Position numbers and translations under genes: made by a program. Below the pieces are notes generated by a model, which ran no database searches, was not told the DNA's origin, and saw only the letters and a program-made list of their open reading frames with translations. From assembly GCA_026395215.1 (NCBI GenBank), contig JAPLZC010000005.1, forward strand, positions 8,392 to 72,391: a stretch of DNA of 64,000 nucleotides, written 5' to 3'. This DNA comes from Candidatus Staskawiczbacteria bacterium. GTDB lineage: Bacteria > Patescibacteriota > Minisyncoccia > Minisyncoccales > Staskawiczbacteraceae. Shown here in pieces: positions 8,781 to 18,086 of this stretch (position 1 is the stretch's first letter; every line of letters begins with the position of its first letter).

Positions 8781-9182
8781 TTACTGGTTCGCCATCGCTT
8801 GCGCGATTTTCCTTCTGAGCTCCTCCTCCCGGTGCTTTTTGTTCGCAACGGTTGACATCACTGTCTTCTTCTCGTCAACTGCCTCCTTTCCTACATTGTT
8901 GGTTGTTTCAACGACATTGTTGACTGCGACCACCACATCCTGTGTGGTAACCTCGCTCGGCAACGCCATAGCACTCTCACCCGTGGTCACCACCTCTTCA
9001 GTGACAACCTCGGCTGACGGCTTCGCCGTTTTGGTAACGGCGACATCCGGCGCGAACGAATCCGCCTCCGGAGCCTTGGCAAAGTGGTCCAACCACCAGC
9101 CACCTACCACGATGAGCAATACAACAAACCCAATCATGACCAACACGGTCATTGTGTCTCTCGTCTTTTTTCCAATTTTCAT
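8781..9182 (-). CDS. Membrane-anchored V/T/E-rich protein (GC-rich island A)
   Basis: N-terminal TM segment VLVMIGFVVLLIVVGGWW. AAAGGGAC Shine-Dalgarno sequence before the ATG. Confidence 0.5.
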   Translation of the reverse strand: MKIGKKTRDTMTVLVMIGFVVLLIVVGGWWLDHFAKAPEADSFAPDVAVTKTAKPSAEVVTEEVVTTGESAMALPSEVTTQDVVVAVNNVVETTNNVGKEAVDEKKTVMSTVANKKHREEELRRKIAQAMANQ

Positions 9183-9310
9183 CTGCGTGTCCCTTTCGTT
9201 GTGTAACGTTGTGTAACCTAACTAAAACCAATTGTGAATGTACAACCCAAACCTAGACAAGGCTGGATTAAACAAAAGCGCGGTTTGCACCACACTTTTA
9301 ATTCTCGCTA

Positions 9311-9339
9311 ATTATAGCACTATTACGCCCTAGTGTCAA
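9311..9339 (-). promoter_or_regulatory. Consensus sigma70 promoter driving island A
   Basis: Minus strand reads TTGACA (9334-9339), 17 nt spacer, TATAAT (9311-9316). The leader is about 120-130 nt and contains a tandem GTTACACAAC x2. Confidence 0.6.
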
Positions 9340-9367
9340 GACTTTGTCAGCTAGACAAAGCGAAGTG

Positions 9368-9439
9368 TGCCCTCAGTAGGAATCGGACCTACATCTGCTC
9401 GTTAGGAGTGAGCTGCTCTATCCATTGAGCTATGAGGGC
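9368..9439 (-). tRNA. tRNA-Arg (anticodon CCT)
   Basis: Acceptor GCCCTCA/TGAGGGC, anticodon loop CTCCTAA, T-arm GTAGG-TCCGATT-CCTAC. Confidence 0.8.
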
Positions 9440-9497
9440 AATATATGATATAATAACATAATAATCTTAATAAATAAATATATTACTATACAAAAAC

Positions 9498-10526
9498 ATG
9501 AAATCTCCTATAATAGAAATAGCTAAAAAGGTTTGCCCGGCGGTAATTACGGTTATTGTTTCTAAGGATTTGCCAACAGCAGAAAATTTTTATGCTTTCC
9601 CATATGAAGGCAAAGAATTTATGATGCCAAAAAGTGGAAAAGGAAAAGGTAAAATAGAAAAAACTAAAATTGGCGGGGGCTCGGGATTTATTGTTTCAGA
9701 AAATGGTTATGTTTTTACTTCAAACCATGTAGTGTCTGACACAAGCGCCGATTACACTGTAGTTTTAGATCCAAAACATAAATACCCTGTTAAAGTTTTG
9801 TCCCGCAACCCAATTAACGACACTGCTGTCTTAAAAATTGAGGGCGAGAGATTCCCCTACTTAGAAATGGCAGACTCAAATAAAATAGAACTTGGAGAAG
9901 AAGTGGTTGCAGTTGGAAATGCGCTTGGAGAGTTTACAGATACTTTGTCAGCAGGAATTGTTTCTGGACTTTCAAGATTTATTACAGCTTTTGGAGGAAT
10001 AGAAAACCAAATGCAAAACTTGCGTGGGTTAATTCAAACAGATGCCGCCATTAACCCAGGAAACTCTGGTGGGCCATTAATTAACATGGAAGGAAAAGTT
10101 ATTGGAATAAACACTGCCATGATTGCAGGAGCTCAAAATATTGGTTTTGCAATTCCTATAAACTACGCCAAAAAAGATTTGGAAGAAGTCAAAAAATACG
10201 GAAAAATAATGATGCCATTTTTGGGAGTAAAATATGTTTTAGTTTCCAAAGACATGGCAAGCGCAAATAAACTACCCGTAAATGACGGCGCAATTGTTGT
10301 ACGTGAGGCGCTGGGTGAACCACCAGTTGTAAAAGGTTCAGCTGCAGATAGAGCCGGAGTTAAAGAGTGGGATATAATCACAGAATGCAACGGAGAAAAA
10401 ATTACATCCAAAAACCCTCTAGCCAACATTTTGCAAAAATGCAAAATAGGAAGTTTCACTCCCCTAACCGTCCTCCGCGACAACAAAGAAATAAAATTAG
10501 CCGTAAAACTCGAAGAAAAAATCTAA
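9498..10526 (+). CDS. HtrA/DegP-like trypsin-fold serine protease with PDZ domain
   Basis: GSGFIVSENGYVFTSNHVV (His), GNSGGPLIN (Ser) and a C-terminal PDZ-like segment. Confidence 0.85.
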   Translation: MKSPIIEIAKKVCPAVITVIVSKDLPTAENFYAFPYEGKEFMMPKSGKGKGKIEKTKIGGGSGFIVSENGYVFTSNHVVSDTSADYTVVLDPKHKYPVKVLSRNPINDTAVLKIEGERFPYLEMADSNKIELGEEVVAVGNALGEFTDTLSAGIVSGLSRFITAFGGIENQMQNLRGLIQTDAAINPGNSGGPLINMEGKVIGINTAMIAGAQNIGFAIPINYAKKDLEEVKKYGKIMMPFLGVKYVLVSKDMASANKLPVNDGAIVVREALGEPPVVKGSAADRAGVKEWDIITECNGEKITSKNPLANILQKCKIGSFTPLTVLRDNKEIKLAVKLEEKI

Positions 10527-10569
10527 AACCGCATTAAAGTAGAGAACAGCCCTAAATGGCTGTTTTTAC

Positions 10570-10598
10570 TTGACATTACATTTGTTATATGCTATAAT
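10570..10598 (+). promoter_or_regulatory. Consensus sigma70 promoter
   Basis: TTGACA (10570-10575), 17 nt spacer, TATAAT (10593-10598). Confidence 0.65.
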
Positions 10599-10656
10599 GA
10601 ATTATAATAAAGAATTAATACAAATTGGCCCTACCGGGTCGATTTGCAAATATCAC

Positions 10657-12756
10657 ATGAAAAGTTCTACTCGTGTTTTGTTAGCTGGAGCCATAATTTT
10701 AGGTGTTTTAACTGTTTTAGTTCCTTTTGCTGCCAATGCGGCCGACTTGAAAACTGCTTCCAGAAAAGCACCTGTAGCAAAAATTAACCTAACTTCCCCA
10801 AACGGAGGTGAAAAATGGCAAATTGGAACAACAGAAAAAATTAAATGGTCCACATCAAATGTTCCATCAAATGCATCAATATCAATTGGTGCTACAGGTT
10901 TTGGTAGCTTTACCGTAATTGGTGAAGATGGCTTGCCTCATATTGTAAACCAAATGGATTTTAACTTAACCGAAAACGAAGTTGCTAATAGTGGTTCAGT
11001 TAGCATTCCTGTAACTCTTAACCCAGGTATATATAAAATATTCGTAAAAACAATTGTTAACGGCACAATTATATATGATATTAGTAAAAACTATTTTACT
11101 GTTGTTGCCCCAAAATCTTGGCCTCATATTTTTTTATTGTCAGTAAACTCTGGAAAACCGGGCACTAAAGTTACTATTTATGGTAACAATCTTTACTCCC
11201 CTTCTGCTCCCTTTGTAGCAACATTTAATAATGCTACTCATGACAACGCAGTCAGTGGAGTTGCTTCTCGCAATGGCCATAGTTTTGTTTTTACAATTCC
11301 AACAGATCCTGTTTCTTCAGGAATTGGCGCTGGTAATTACACTATCACCCTTGAAAATACTTTAGGTCAACATAGCAACAGCGTTCCCTTCACCGTAATT
11401 GCACCGGCTCAACCGGTAGTGCCCGTAGTTTCGCAAAACGCGGGTTTTGCAAATCAGAATATTAGTCCGAATAGTTCTAATGTAAAAATTGGCTCATACG
11501 TTATCCAAAATCAAAGCACATCTGAATCAATTCGTTTAACATCACTAAATGTTCAAATGATTCCTGAAGTAGGAATATTTATAACAAACTTCTCATCTTT
11601 GAGAACTTCCGATACAACAGGATCAGGATCAACTCCTATCCAGCCAACTGGAAACGACAACTTCTCAGTTAACGATACATTGGCTCCAGGTGCTTCAATA
11701 ACCATTGATATCTTCGCCAACACGGGCGCAAGCACAACCGGAACGATTCAGACAGCGCTTCAAGTTACATCAATTAGCACAGCTGATAATATTACATCCA
11801 CAAGCTCAACTATCACAGGCCAAACAATGAGCATTGTGCAGATCACCCTTAATACACCAACCCGGGTTGCTTCTTTGACAACACCTTCGCAATATATTGC
11901 TTCGCCAGACGGTGCACAAAATGCAACACAAGTAACATATAACTTTACTGCAACCAATGGTGCTGCAACAATTACAGAACTTAGGTTTAATGTTACAGGC
12001 AATGATACTGTTACAGCTATTTGCGCTGGTTTAATGTGCGCTCAGCCAATTAATGGAGTTGCCTATTTAACAGGACTTAACATAACTGTTCCCGCGGGAA
12101 TGAGCGGAATTAACCAAAGAATGTTAGTTTCATATTCTCCAGTTGGTGCTGGCGGAATAGATTCAGGATTGACTTCAAATATTGCTTTAACTTATGTTAA
12201 ATACGTAGCTGGCGGAACAACATCAACTATTACACCAAACGTGACTGCTCCAACAATGGTCTTGGTTGGTTCTAAACCAACAGTCAGCGTTGCTTCAACA
12301 AATGTTGGAGGGCTTGTAATTGGTGCAGAAAACAAAATTGGAGAAGTTACAATTACAGCTACTCAGGGTGCTATAAAAATAAATACAATTACTTTTAATC
12401 TTGGAGCCAACGGGTTCTCAATTGCTCCAATGTTAACATCTATGCGTATTACCGATGGATTAGAAACTATAGCTGACAGTTCTTGCAGCCAAAAATTTGG
12501 TTCAGTTTTAACCTGTATTCTAGGGAATGGATACTCAACAGACTATCCAATTCCAGCAGGTCAATCAATAACATTCAACTTATTTGCCACAGTTGACGCC
12601 GTAGTTGCTCCAGGAATGACAGCAAGCCTTTCTACTTCAGTAACACCAGACCATTTTATCTGGGACGACACATCCGCAAATGGTTTATCTGGCACTGGAC
12701 TAAACGGTTTGTTAATTTACGGTTTCCCAACAGCCAGCTACTCAGTCCACCAATAA
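10657..12756 (+). CDS. Large secreted S/T/N-rich surface protein with IPT/TIG-like segment
   Basis: ATG 10657 gives the signal peptide MKSSTRVLLAGAIILGVLTVLVPFAANA. Repetitive beta-rich sequence. Terminator hairpin at about 12775-12812. Confidence 0.65.
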   Translation: MKSSTRVLLAGAIILGVLTVLVPFAANAADLKTASRKAPVAKINLTSPNGGEKWQIGTTEKIKWSTSNVPSNASISIGATGFGSFTVIGEDGLPHIVNQMDFNLTENEVANSGSVSIPVTLNPGIYKIFVKTIVNGTIIYDISKNYFTVVAPKSWPHIFLLSVNSGKPGTKVTIYGNNLYSPSAPFVATFNNATHDNAVSGVASRNGHSFVFTIPTDPVSSGIGAGNYTITLENTLGQHSNSVPFTVIAPAQPVVPVVSQNAGFANQNISPNSSNVKIGSYVIQNQSTSESIRLTSLNVQMIPEVGIFITNFSSLRTSDTTGSGSTPIQPTGNDNFSVNDTLAPGASITIDIFANTGASTTGTIQTALQVTSISTADNITSTSSTITGQTMSIVQITLNTPTRVASLTTPSQYIASPDGAQNATQVTYNFTATNGAATITELRFNVTGNDTVTAICAGLMCAQPINGVAYLTGLNITVPAGMSGINQRMLVSYSPVGAGGIDSGLTSNIALTYVKYVAGGTTSTITPNVTAPTMVLVGSKPTVSVASTNVGGLVIGAENKIGEVTITATQGAIKINTITFNLGANGFSIAPMLTSMRITDGLETIADSSCSQKFGSVLTCILGNGYSTDYPIPAGQSITFNLFATVDAVVAPGMTASLSTSVTPDHFIWDDTSANGLSGTGLNGLLIYGFPTASYSVHQ

Positions 12757-12885
12757 TTTAAAAGATTGTAAACAAAAACTGCCCAGATGTAATGTCGGGG
12801 CAGTTTTTTTGATTACTATACTTGGATTTTGGAAAATTTTTTTATGACTGGGCAATTGTTGAAAGATTAGATATAATAATGTTAT

Positions 12886-13554
12886 ATGCTTAATAAAAGG
12901 TCAAAATATTTGCAGATAGCTTTTAACCGCTCTCTTACTGAAGTAAGAAGTATGATTGCATTACTGCCAAGCTCAGAAAAAATTCTTATTGAAGCCGGGA
13001 CACCTTTTATTAAAAGGTACGGGCAGAACGGAGTTTCATTATTAAAAGGTTGGTGGAGTGCTAAATTAGGCAAAGAAGGATATATTGTTGCCGATTTAAA
13101 ATGCATGGATAGAGGGTCTAAAGAAGTTGAATCAATGGCCATGGCCGGCGCTTCGGCAATTACATGTTTGGGGTTGGCGCCAATTGATACAATAAATCAA
13201 TTTATTGCAGAATGCGAAAAATTTGGCATTGACTCAATGATTGATATGATGAACGTAGAATTCCCATTTGAAATTTTGCAAAAGCTAAAAAAACTTCCTG
13301 CTGTAGTTGTTCTGCATCGTGGAGTAGATGAGAATGAAAAAAATAGAGAAAAACAACTCCCCCACAATCAAATACGCAGAATAAAAGGAACATACAATAA
13401 TGTTTTAATATCTGTTGCCGGAGGGGAAAAAACACGAGATGTTATCAGAACTTATTTTAATGATGCTGACATAGCAGTTATTTGGAAATCTTTTTACGAA
13501 GCGCCAAATAACACCGCCGCTTTAGCGAAGGAATTCTTAAAGCTAGTTAAATGA
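12886..13554 (+). CDS. OMP-decarboxylase/HPS (3-hexulose-6-phosphate synthase)-like TIM-barrel protein
   Basis: LQIAFNRSL..ILIEAGTPFIKRYG..IVADLKCMDRG..AGASAITCLG..SVAGGEK fits the HUMPS/KGPDC-family pattern. Confidence 0.6.
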   Translation: MLNKRSKYLQIAFNRSLTEVRSMIALLPSSEKILIEAGTPFIKRYGQNGVSLLKGWWSAKLGKEGYIVADLKCMDRGSKEVESMAMAGASAITCLGLAPIDTINQFIAECEKFGIDSMIDMMNVEFPFEILQKLKKLPAVVVLHRGVDENEKNREKQLPHNQIRRIKGTYNNVLISVAGGEKTRDVIRTYFNDADIAVIWKSFYEAPNNTAALAKEFLKLVK

Positions 13555-14477
13555 TTACGAATAAAAAAAGCTTATATATAATAATAGGACTAATTATTAT
13601 AATTGCCTTTATAATTAACCCGGCATTTGGTTTTTTTGCCGTGTGGATTCTTATAGCTATTTTATCTAAAATAAAAAAACTAAAATCTTCACAAACACCC
13701 GCAACGCTCACTGACTTAATACAAAATTTACAAAGAACTACTAATGAAGAGGCTCAGCCTTTGCTTGATAACACAGCACAAATTGTTTTACCGCAACAAA
13801 TATTACTGGCTCCCGTTGCACAAATAAAATTAGATAAAAGAAAAAAGTATCTTCATATAGCGCTTAATAGCACCCTAGAAGAAGCACAAAATATAATATC
13901 TATTCTACCAACTTCTGATAGAATTTTAATTGAAGCCGGAACACCACTCATAAAAACATATGGAACTGATGCCGTCTCAAGTATTAGAAGTATGGCTCCC
14001 GTTGGAACATATATTGTTGCTGACAACAAATGCTGTGATTTAGCCTCACGCGAGGTGGAAATGATGGCCAATGCGGGAGCTAATGCCTCTACATGCCTTG
14101 GAGTGGCTCCCATAGAAACAATAGACAGCTTTATAGAAGAATGCTCAAAGTTTGGCATTGACTCAATAGTTGATATGATGAATGTTGCAGATGCTCTTTC
14201 GGTTTTAAAAAAACTAAAAAAAATCCCCGATGTTGTTATGTTACATAGAGGCGTTGACGAAAGTGAATTCTCTAAAGAAAAACAAATCCCCTACTACCAA
14301 ATTAAACAAATAAAAGGTAGTTATGATGTTTTGGTGGCTGTGGCCGGAGGAGACACAATTAAAGAAATACAAAGCGCCATTTTTAATGACGCTGATATTG
14401 TTGTAGTTTGGAAAAACTTCTACCAAGCCGACGAGGACACCGCCCAACTAGCCCAATCCTTCCTAAAAGAAATTTAA
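13551..14477 (+). CDS. Paralogous HPS-like protein with N-terminal TM anchor and linker
   Basis: C-terminal 220 aa is collinear with the upstream paralog (LHIALNSTL..ILIEAGTPLIKTYG..IVADNKCCDL..AVAGGDT). Overlaps the upstream stop by 4 nt. Confidence 0.6.
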   Translation: MITNKKSLYIIIGLIIIIAFIINPAFGFFAVWILIAILSKIKKLKSSQTPATLTDLIQNLQRTTNEEAQPLLDNTAQIVLPQQILLAPVAQIKLDKRKKYLHIALNSTLEEAQNIISILPTSDRILIEAGTPLIKTYGTDAVSSIRSMAPVGTYIVADNKCCDLASREVEMMANAGANASTCLGVAPIETIDSFIEECSKFGIDSIVDMMNVADALSVLKKLKKIPDVVMLHRGVDESEFSKEKQIPYYQIKQIKGSYDVLVAVAGGDTIKEIQSAIFNDADIVVVWKNFYQADEDTAQLAQSFLKEI

Positions 14478-14484
14478 TAAAAAA

Positions 14485-15240
14485 TTATTTTTTAAAGCTT
14501 TGACCCAAGGCTTTGATGCCTTCCATTACTTCTACAGGTAAGGCAAAAATAACTGTTTTAGATGGGTCTGGGTTTATTTTCTCAATTGTCTGCAAAGTTC
14601 TCATTGAAAGACCTCCAGGAATAGCGCTAAGAACACTGGCAGCTTGAGCCAACTTTTCTGATGCTTGGAATTCTCCTTCGGCTCTTATAATAATAGCTCT
14701 TCTCTCTCTTTCAGACTCGGCCTGTTTGGCCATAACTCTTTTCATGTCTGCAGGAAGCTCAATGTCTTGTATCTTAATGTCAGTTACTGAAACACCCCAA
14801 GATTGTGTGGCGCCAGCAACTATTTTTTGTATTTCTTCGGCAATTTTTTCTCTTTCTGAAAGTAACGAATCAAGCTCAACTCCTCCAATTACGTCTCTCA
14901 GTGCTGCCTGAGCATATTGAGATACGGCTGTTGTATAGTCTTTAATATTTAAAATTGCAATCTCTGCATTTTCAACTTTAAAATAAACTACGGCGTTAAT
15001 TCCTACTGGCACGTTATCTTTTGTAATAACTTCCTGTTGAGGAATATCGGTAGTTGTAATACGCATATCAATTTTTATCAATCTCTGAAACCCAATAAAA
15101 ATCCAATTTAATCCCGGCTGTTTGGTCCCGGTGTATTTACCAAGTGTTAAAACAACTGCCCTATCATATTGATCTATAACTCGCAATCCGGCAATTATAA
15201 TAAATAAAACAACGGCTAACAAAATAATAAGCAAATTCAT
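14485..15240 (-). CDS. SPFH/band-7 (stomatin-like) membrane protein
   Basis: N-terminal TM followed by RVIDQYDRAVVLTLGKY..ITKDNVPV..DIELPADMKRVMAKQAESERERRA. Confidence 0.85.
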   Translation of the reverse strand: MNLLIILLAVVLFIIIAGLRVIDQYDRAVVLTLGKYTGTKQPGLNWIFIGFQRLIKIDMRITTTDIPQQEVITKDNVPVGINAVVYFKVENAEIAILNIKDYTTAVSQYAQAALRDVIGGVELDSLLSEREKIAEEIQKIVAGATQSWGVSVTDIKIQDIELPADMKRVMAKQAESERERRAIIIRAEGEFQASEKLAQAASVLSAIPGGLSMRTLQTIEKINPDPSKTVIFALPVEVMEGIKALGQSFKK

Positions 15241-15314
15241 ATTTTTTATTAATTTAATTTATAATATATATTAATTAATCATACCACTATACTTGAATTT
15301 TGGAAAATAGATAA

Positions 15315-16487
15315 TTATTTCAGGATGGCTTCTTGGGTGTAAATATTAGATGGGTTCCACAACATAAAACCATTGTAATTATTTTTCAAGGCATCTTGTG
15401 TTGCTTGTATTTCTAATTTTACCATATCTGCGGTATAATTTGCACCCATGTTAAAATCTTGTAGCCATGGTCGAAAGCGCGCTAGAGGACTTGCAACCAA
15501 GGCGGGCACTTGCGACTTTATCAAAACAGCATTTTCCCTGGCTAAGGCTACATATAGAGAATAGTTTACAATTTCATAAGGGTGGTCGGCCGGGTTATCA
15601 AAATTCATAAAACCGTTTACATAATGCGAAGGATAAACCATTGGGCAAACATAATCAAAATTTTCAAAAGCGTTTTCAATTATCTGGCCAATACCCATGT
15701 CGTCTGTGTTGGTTGTTGTCTGACCAAATAAATCTACCGATATTTTTCCGGCCAAATTAGTTCTTAAATATTGGAAAAAACTTTTTATTACTTCTGCTTT
15801 AGGAGTCTTACCATCATAAACAGGAAAACCCGCGTCGCCTGTAGCTCCGTCAGACGGAAACCTTACATAATCAAAATTTATTTCATCAAATCCGTGCCCC
15901 AAAGCATCTCTTGCAAGAGAAACTGTCCGGTCCCAAACATCTTTAGACGCCGGGTCAAGCCAACCTAATTTATTATTATCCTCCCATAAAATGGGTTTTG
16001 AAACGTCAGTCGTCAAAGTTTTGTTATAAATAGCCAAAGCAGGATTGGCCTTAGAATAAACAGGGTCTTCAAAAACAGCTATTCTGCCAATTACATAAAT
16101 GTTTTTGTCGTGAAAGAATTTAATTAGCTCATCTATATTTTTAATTCTCCCTGGGTAAGAAACATTCCCGTCGCTTCCTTTAATATCAACTACAACTGCA
16201 TTAATTTCTGTTGTTTTGAAAAGAGTGTTTAAATAATCTAAATATTTTTTGCTTCCTGCCGAATATCCCGTCACAAAAACTGCCCTTATTATTTCTGGCG
16301 GGTTATTCAATTTGTTATGTATTGGCACCTCGGGTGTTTTTACCGTGTCTGACAAAACATTTTGCGTTGCACTTTCTTTCACACCCAAAAGCTCGTCACT
16401 GCTTTGTAAAAACATAAAAACACTTGTTGCCGCAACAACAATTGCCAGTAGAACAACTACAATGCCTGCTACGCTAGGAAATTTCAT
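15315..16487 (-). CDS. Putative glycoside hydrolase (DUF4015-like TIM barrel), membrane anchored
   Basis: N-terminal TM, then INAVVVDIKGSDGNVSY and GFDEINFDYVRFPSDG. Confidence 0.6.
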   Translation of the reverse strand: MKFPSVAGIVVVLLAIVVAATSVFMFLQSSDELLGVKESATQNVLSDTVKTPEVPIHNKLNNPPEIIRAVFVTGYSAGSKKYLDYLNTLFKTTEINAVVVDIKGSDGNVSYPGRIKNIDELIKFFHDKNIYVIGRIAVFEDPVYSKANPALAIYNKTLTTDVSKPILWEDNNKLGWLDPASKDVWDRTVSLARDALGHGFDEINFDYVRFPSDGATGDAGFPVYDGKTPKAEVIKSFFQYLRTNLAGKISVDLFGQTTTNTDDMGIGQIIENAFENFDYVCPMVYPSHYVNGFMNFDNPADHPYEIVNYSLYVALARENAVLIKSQVPALVASPLARFRPWLQDFNMGANYTADMVKLEIQATQDALKNNYNGFMLWNPSNIYTQEAILK

Positions 16488-16547
16488 GATTATCTAGTAT
16501 ATAATATTAACAAACAAAATAAAACAGCTCATTTTTGAAACTGTTTT

Positions 16548-16591
16548 ATTCGTGATTTGTGTAAATCCGTAGTCAATCTGTAAAAATCCGT
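16548..16591. repeat. AAATCCGT/AATCTGT oligomer cluster
   Basis: CGTGATTTGTGTAAATCCGTAGTCAATCTGTAAAAATCCGT. Same word family as the clusters at 51695, 53127 and 59795. Confidence 0.5.
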
Positions 16592-16990
16592 CTATTCCGT
16601 AGTCTTACCGTCAAATTCTGGGCCATCGGCTTCGGCTTCGGCTTTGGATGCTCTTTGTATACCGTCTCTGTGATGAGCAGGAGAATAAATGGTGTAAAGT
16701 TTTAAGCTCTCTGCCATTGAGACGTTAATTACGTTGTGTTGCGCTCCAGCTGGAACCAACACCGCTGAACCATCTTCAATTTCATGCTCAACTCCATCAA
16801 TTATTACTTTGCCACGCCCTTTTTCAAACCTAAAAAATTGGTCGTTATCTGCATGAACCTCCATCCCAATTTCTTCATTTGGCTTTAACGACATCAAAAC
16901 CAACTGGCAATGCTTTGCCGTGTAAACAACCTTCCTAAAGTTCTCATTCTCCAACGTATCCTTCTCAATATTAGAACAAAATCCTTTCAT
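16592..16990 (-). CDS. Cupin-domain protein
   Basis: 132 aa with GMEVHADNDQFFRFEKGRGKVIIDG..VLVPAGAQHNV cupin motifs. Confidence 0.75.
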   Translation of the reverse strand: MKGFCSNIEKDTLENENFRKVVYTAKHCQLVLMSLKPNEEIGMEVHADNDQFFRFEKGRGKVIIDGVEHEIEDGSAVLVPAGAQHNVINVSMAESLKLYTIYSPAHHRDGIQRASKAEAEADGPEFDGKTTE

Positions 16991-17085
16991 ATATTTTTTT
17001 CTATTTAATAATATACTTTATCATAACAAAAAAGCCTTGCCCTGTCGAATGACGGGGGCCCTAATTAAAAGCGCTTTTTTGAAAA

Positions 17086-17160
17086 TGGGGCGACTAACGG
17101 GACTTGCACCCGTGATAACGCTGCCACAGAGCGTTGTGTTACTGCTACACCATAGCCGCC
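17086..17160 (-). tRNA. tRNA-His (anticodon GTG) with encoded G-1 and CCA
   Basis: G-1 followed by acceptor GCGGCTA/TAGTCGC, discriminator C, anticodon arm ACGCT-CTGTGGC-AGCGT, T-arm ACGGG-TGCAAGT-CCCGT. Confidence 0.8.
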
Positions 17161-17642
17161 ATAAGTTTCTCTTTGGTTTCTTTGTCGTGATGTGCCAAAA
17201 AATGGCAATTCCAACATAACCAAATAAGATTTTTTAATTCAACGTTTTTCCTGTTTTTATCAAGATGGTGGACTGTCAATATTCTTTCGTCTTTATTTTT
17301 ACATAAAACACAATGTTTTTTCCTACCACTTTTTCCTAAAATACTCCTATAATTTCTTTCTCCATTTTTCCAATTAGGATGATTCTCCCCAATAAATACC
17401 ATTGTATTCCTCCATACGGTCTGGCAGGATTTCCCACAAAAATACTTTCCACTCTTAGAATGTTTTAGTGCCTTAGGTGCCTTCCAGACTTCTTTTTTAC
17501 ATATAAAACATTTTACTAATTTTCCTCTTAGTTGACCTTCATGCTGGCATTTTGGAGAACAATATTTCCCCCAACCTTTTTTTAACCAGTTAGGCTTTGC
17601 ATAAAATTCCTTATTACATTTTTCACAATTAACTATTGGCAT
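17145..17642 (-). CDS. HNH endonuclease with N-terminal zinc ribbons
   Basis: CEKCNKEF..CSPKC..CFICKKE..CGKSC, then VHHLDKNRKNVELKNLIWLCWNCHFLAHH as the HNH core. The 3' end overlaps tRNA-His by 16 nt. Confidence 0.8.
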   Translation of the reverse strand: MPIVNCEKCNKEFYAKPNWLKKGWGKYCSPKCQHEGQLRGKLVKCFICKKEVWKAPKALKHSKSGKYFCGKSCQTVWRNTMVFIGENHPNWKNGERNYRSILGKSGRKKHCVLCKNKDERILTVHHLDKNRKNVELKNLIWLCWNCHFLAHHDKETKEKLMAAMV

Positions 17643-17701
17643 GAGTTAATTATATCACTAAAATTTGGGAAGGGCAAGTAATCAATCTGTGGATATCAAT
17701 T

Positions 17702-17776
17702 TGGTGTCCCCGGTAGGAATCGGACCTACATCCAGAACTTAGAAGGCTCTTGTTCTATCCATTGAACTACGGGGAC
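17702..17776 (-). tRNA. tRNA-Arg (anticodon TCT)
   Basis: Acceptor GTCCCCG/CGGGGAC, anticodon loop CTTCTAA, T-arm GTAGG-TCCGATT-CCTAC, CCA encoded. Confidence 0.85.
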
Positions 17777-17811
17777 TCAATTAATTAGTATATTATCATA
17801 AAAATTACCCT

Positions 17812-17840
17812 TTGACAAGATAGATATTTTGCTATAATAT
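17812..17840 (+). promoter_or_regulatory. Promoter for the tRNA-Pro/tRNA-Gly pair
   Basis: TTGACA at 17812-17817. TATAAT/TAATAT at 17833-17840, giving a 15-17 nt spacer. Confidence 0.55.
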
Positions 17841-17856
17841 ACATATATATTAATTA

Positions 17857-17927
17857 CGGGGTGTTGTGTAATGGTAGCACGAACGCTTTGGGAGCGTTTA
17901 GTCTGGGTTCGAATCCCAGCACCCCGA
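17857..17927 (+). tRNA. tRNA-Pro (anticodon TGG)
   Basis: Acceptor CGGGGTG/CACCCCG, anticodon arm AACGC-TTTGGGA-GCGTT, T-arm CTGGG-TTCGAAT-CCCAG. Confidence 0.85.
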
Positions 17928-17972
17928 CATACCATAGAAAAAAGTTTACACTGAGCGACAAAATCGCGAAGT

Positions 17973-18043
17973 GCAGGTATCGTATATCGGTATTACCTTA
18001 GCTTTCCAAGCTAATGAGAGGGGTTCGACTCCCCTTACCTGCT
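17973..18043 (+). tRNA. tRNA-Gly (anticodon TCC)
   Basis: Acceptor GCAGGTA/TACCTGC, anticodon arm TTAGC-TTTCCAA-GCTAA, T-arm AGGGG-TTCGACT-CCCCT. Confidence 0.8.
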
Positions 18044-18086
18044 CATTCAAAACATAATCTGTCATTTTAGATTATTTTTTTATTAT

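Noticed and set aside
7689-9231. Long plus-strand and alternative-frame ORFs inside island A (7689-7973, 8413-9216, 8030-8272, 8998-9231)
   Set aside because: These are typical shadow ORFs of GC-rich DNA. The minus-strand ORFs have a signal peptide or TM segment, a Shine-Dalgarno sequence, a consensus promoter and a terminator. The shadow ORFs have none of these.
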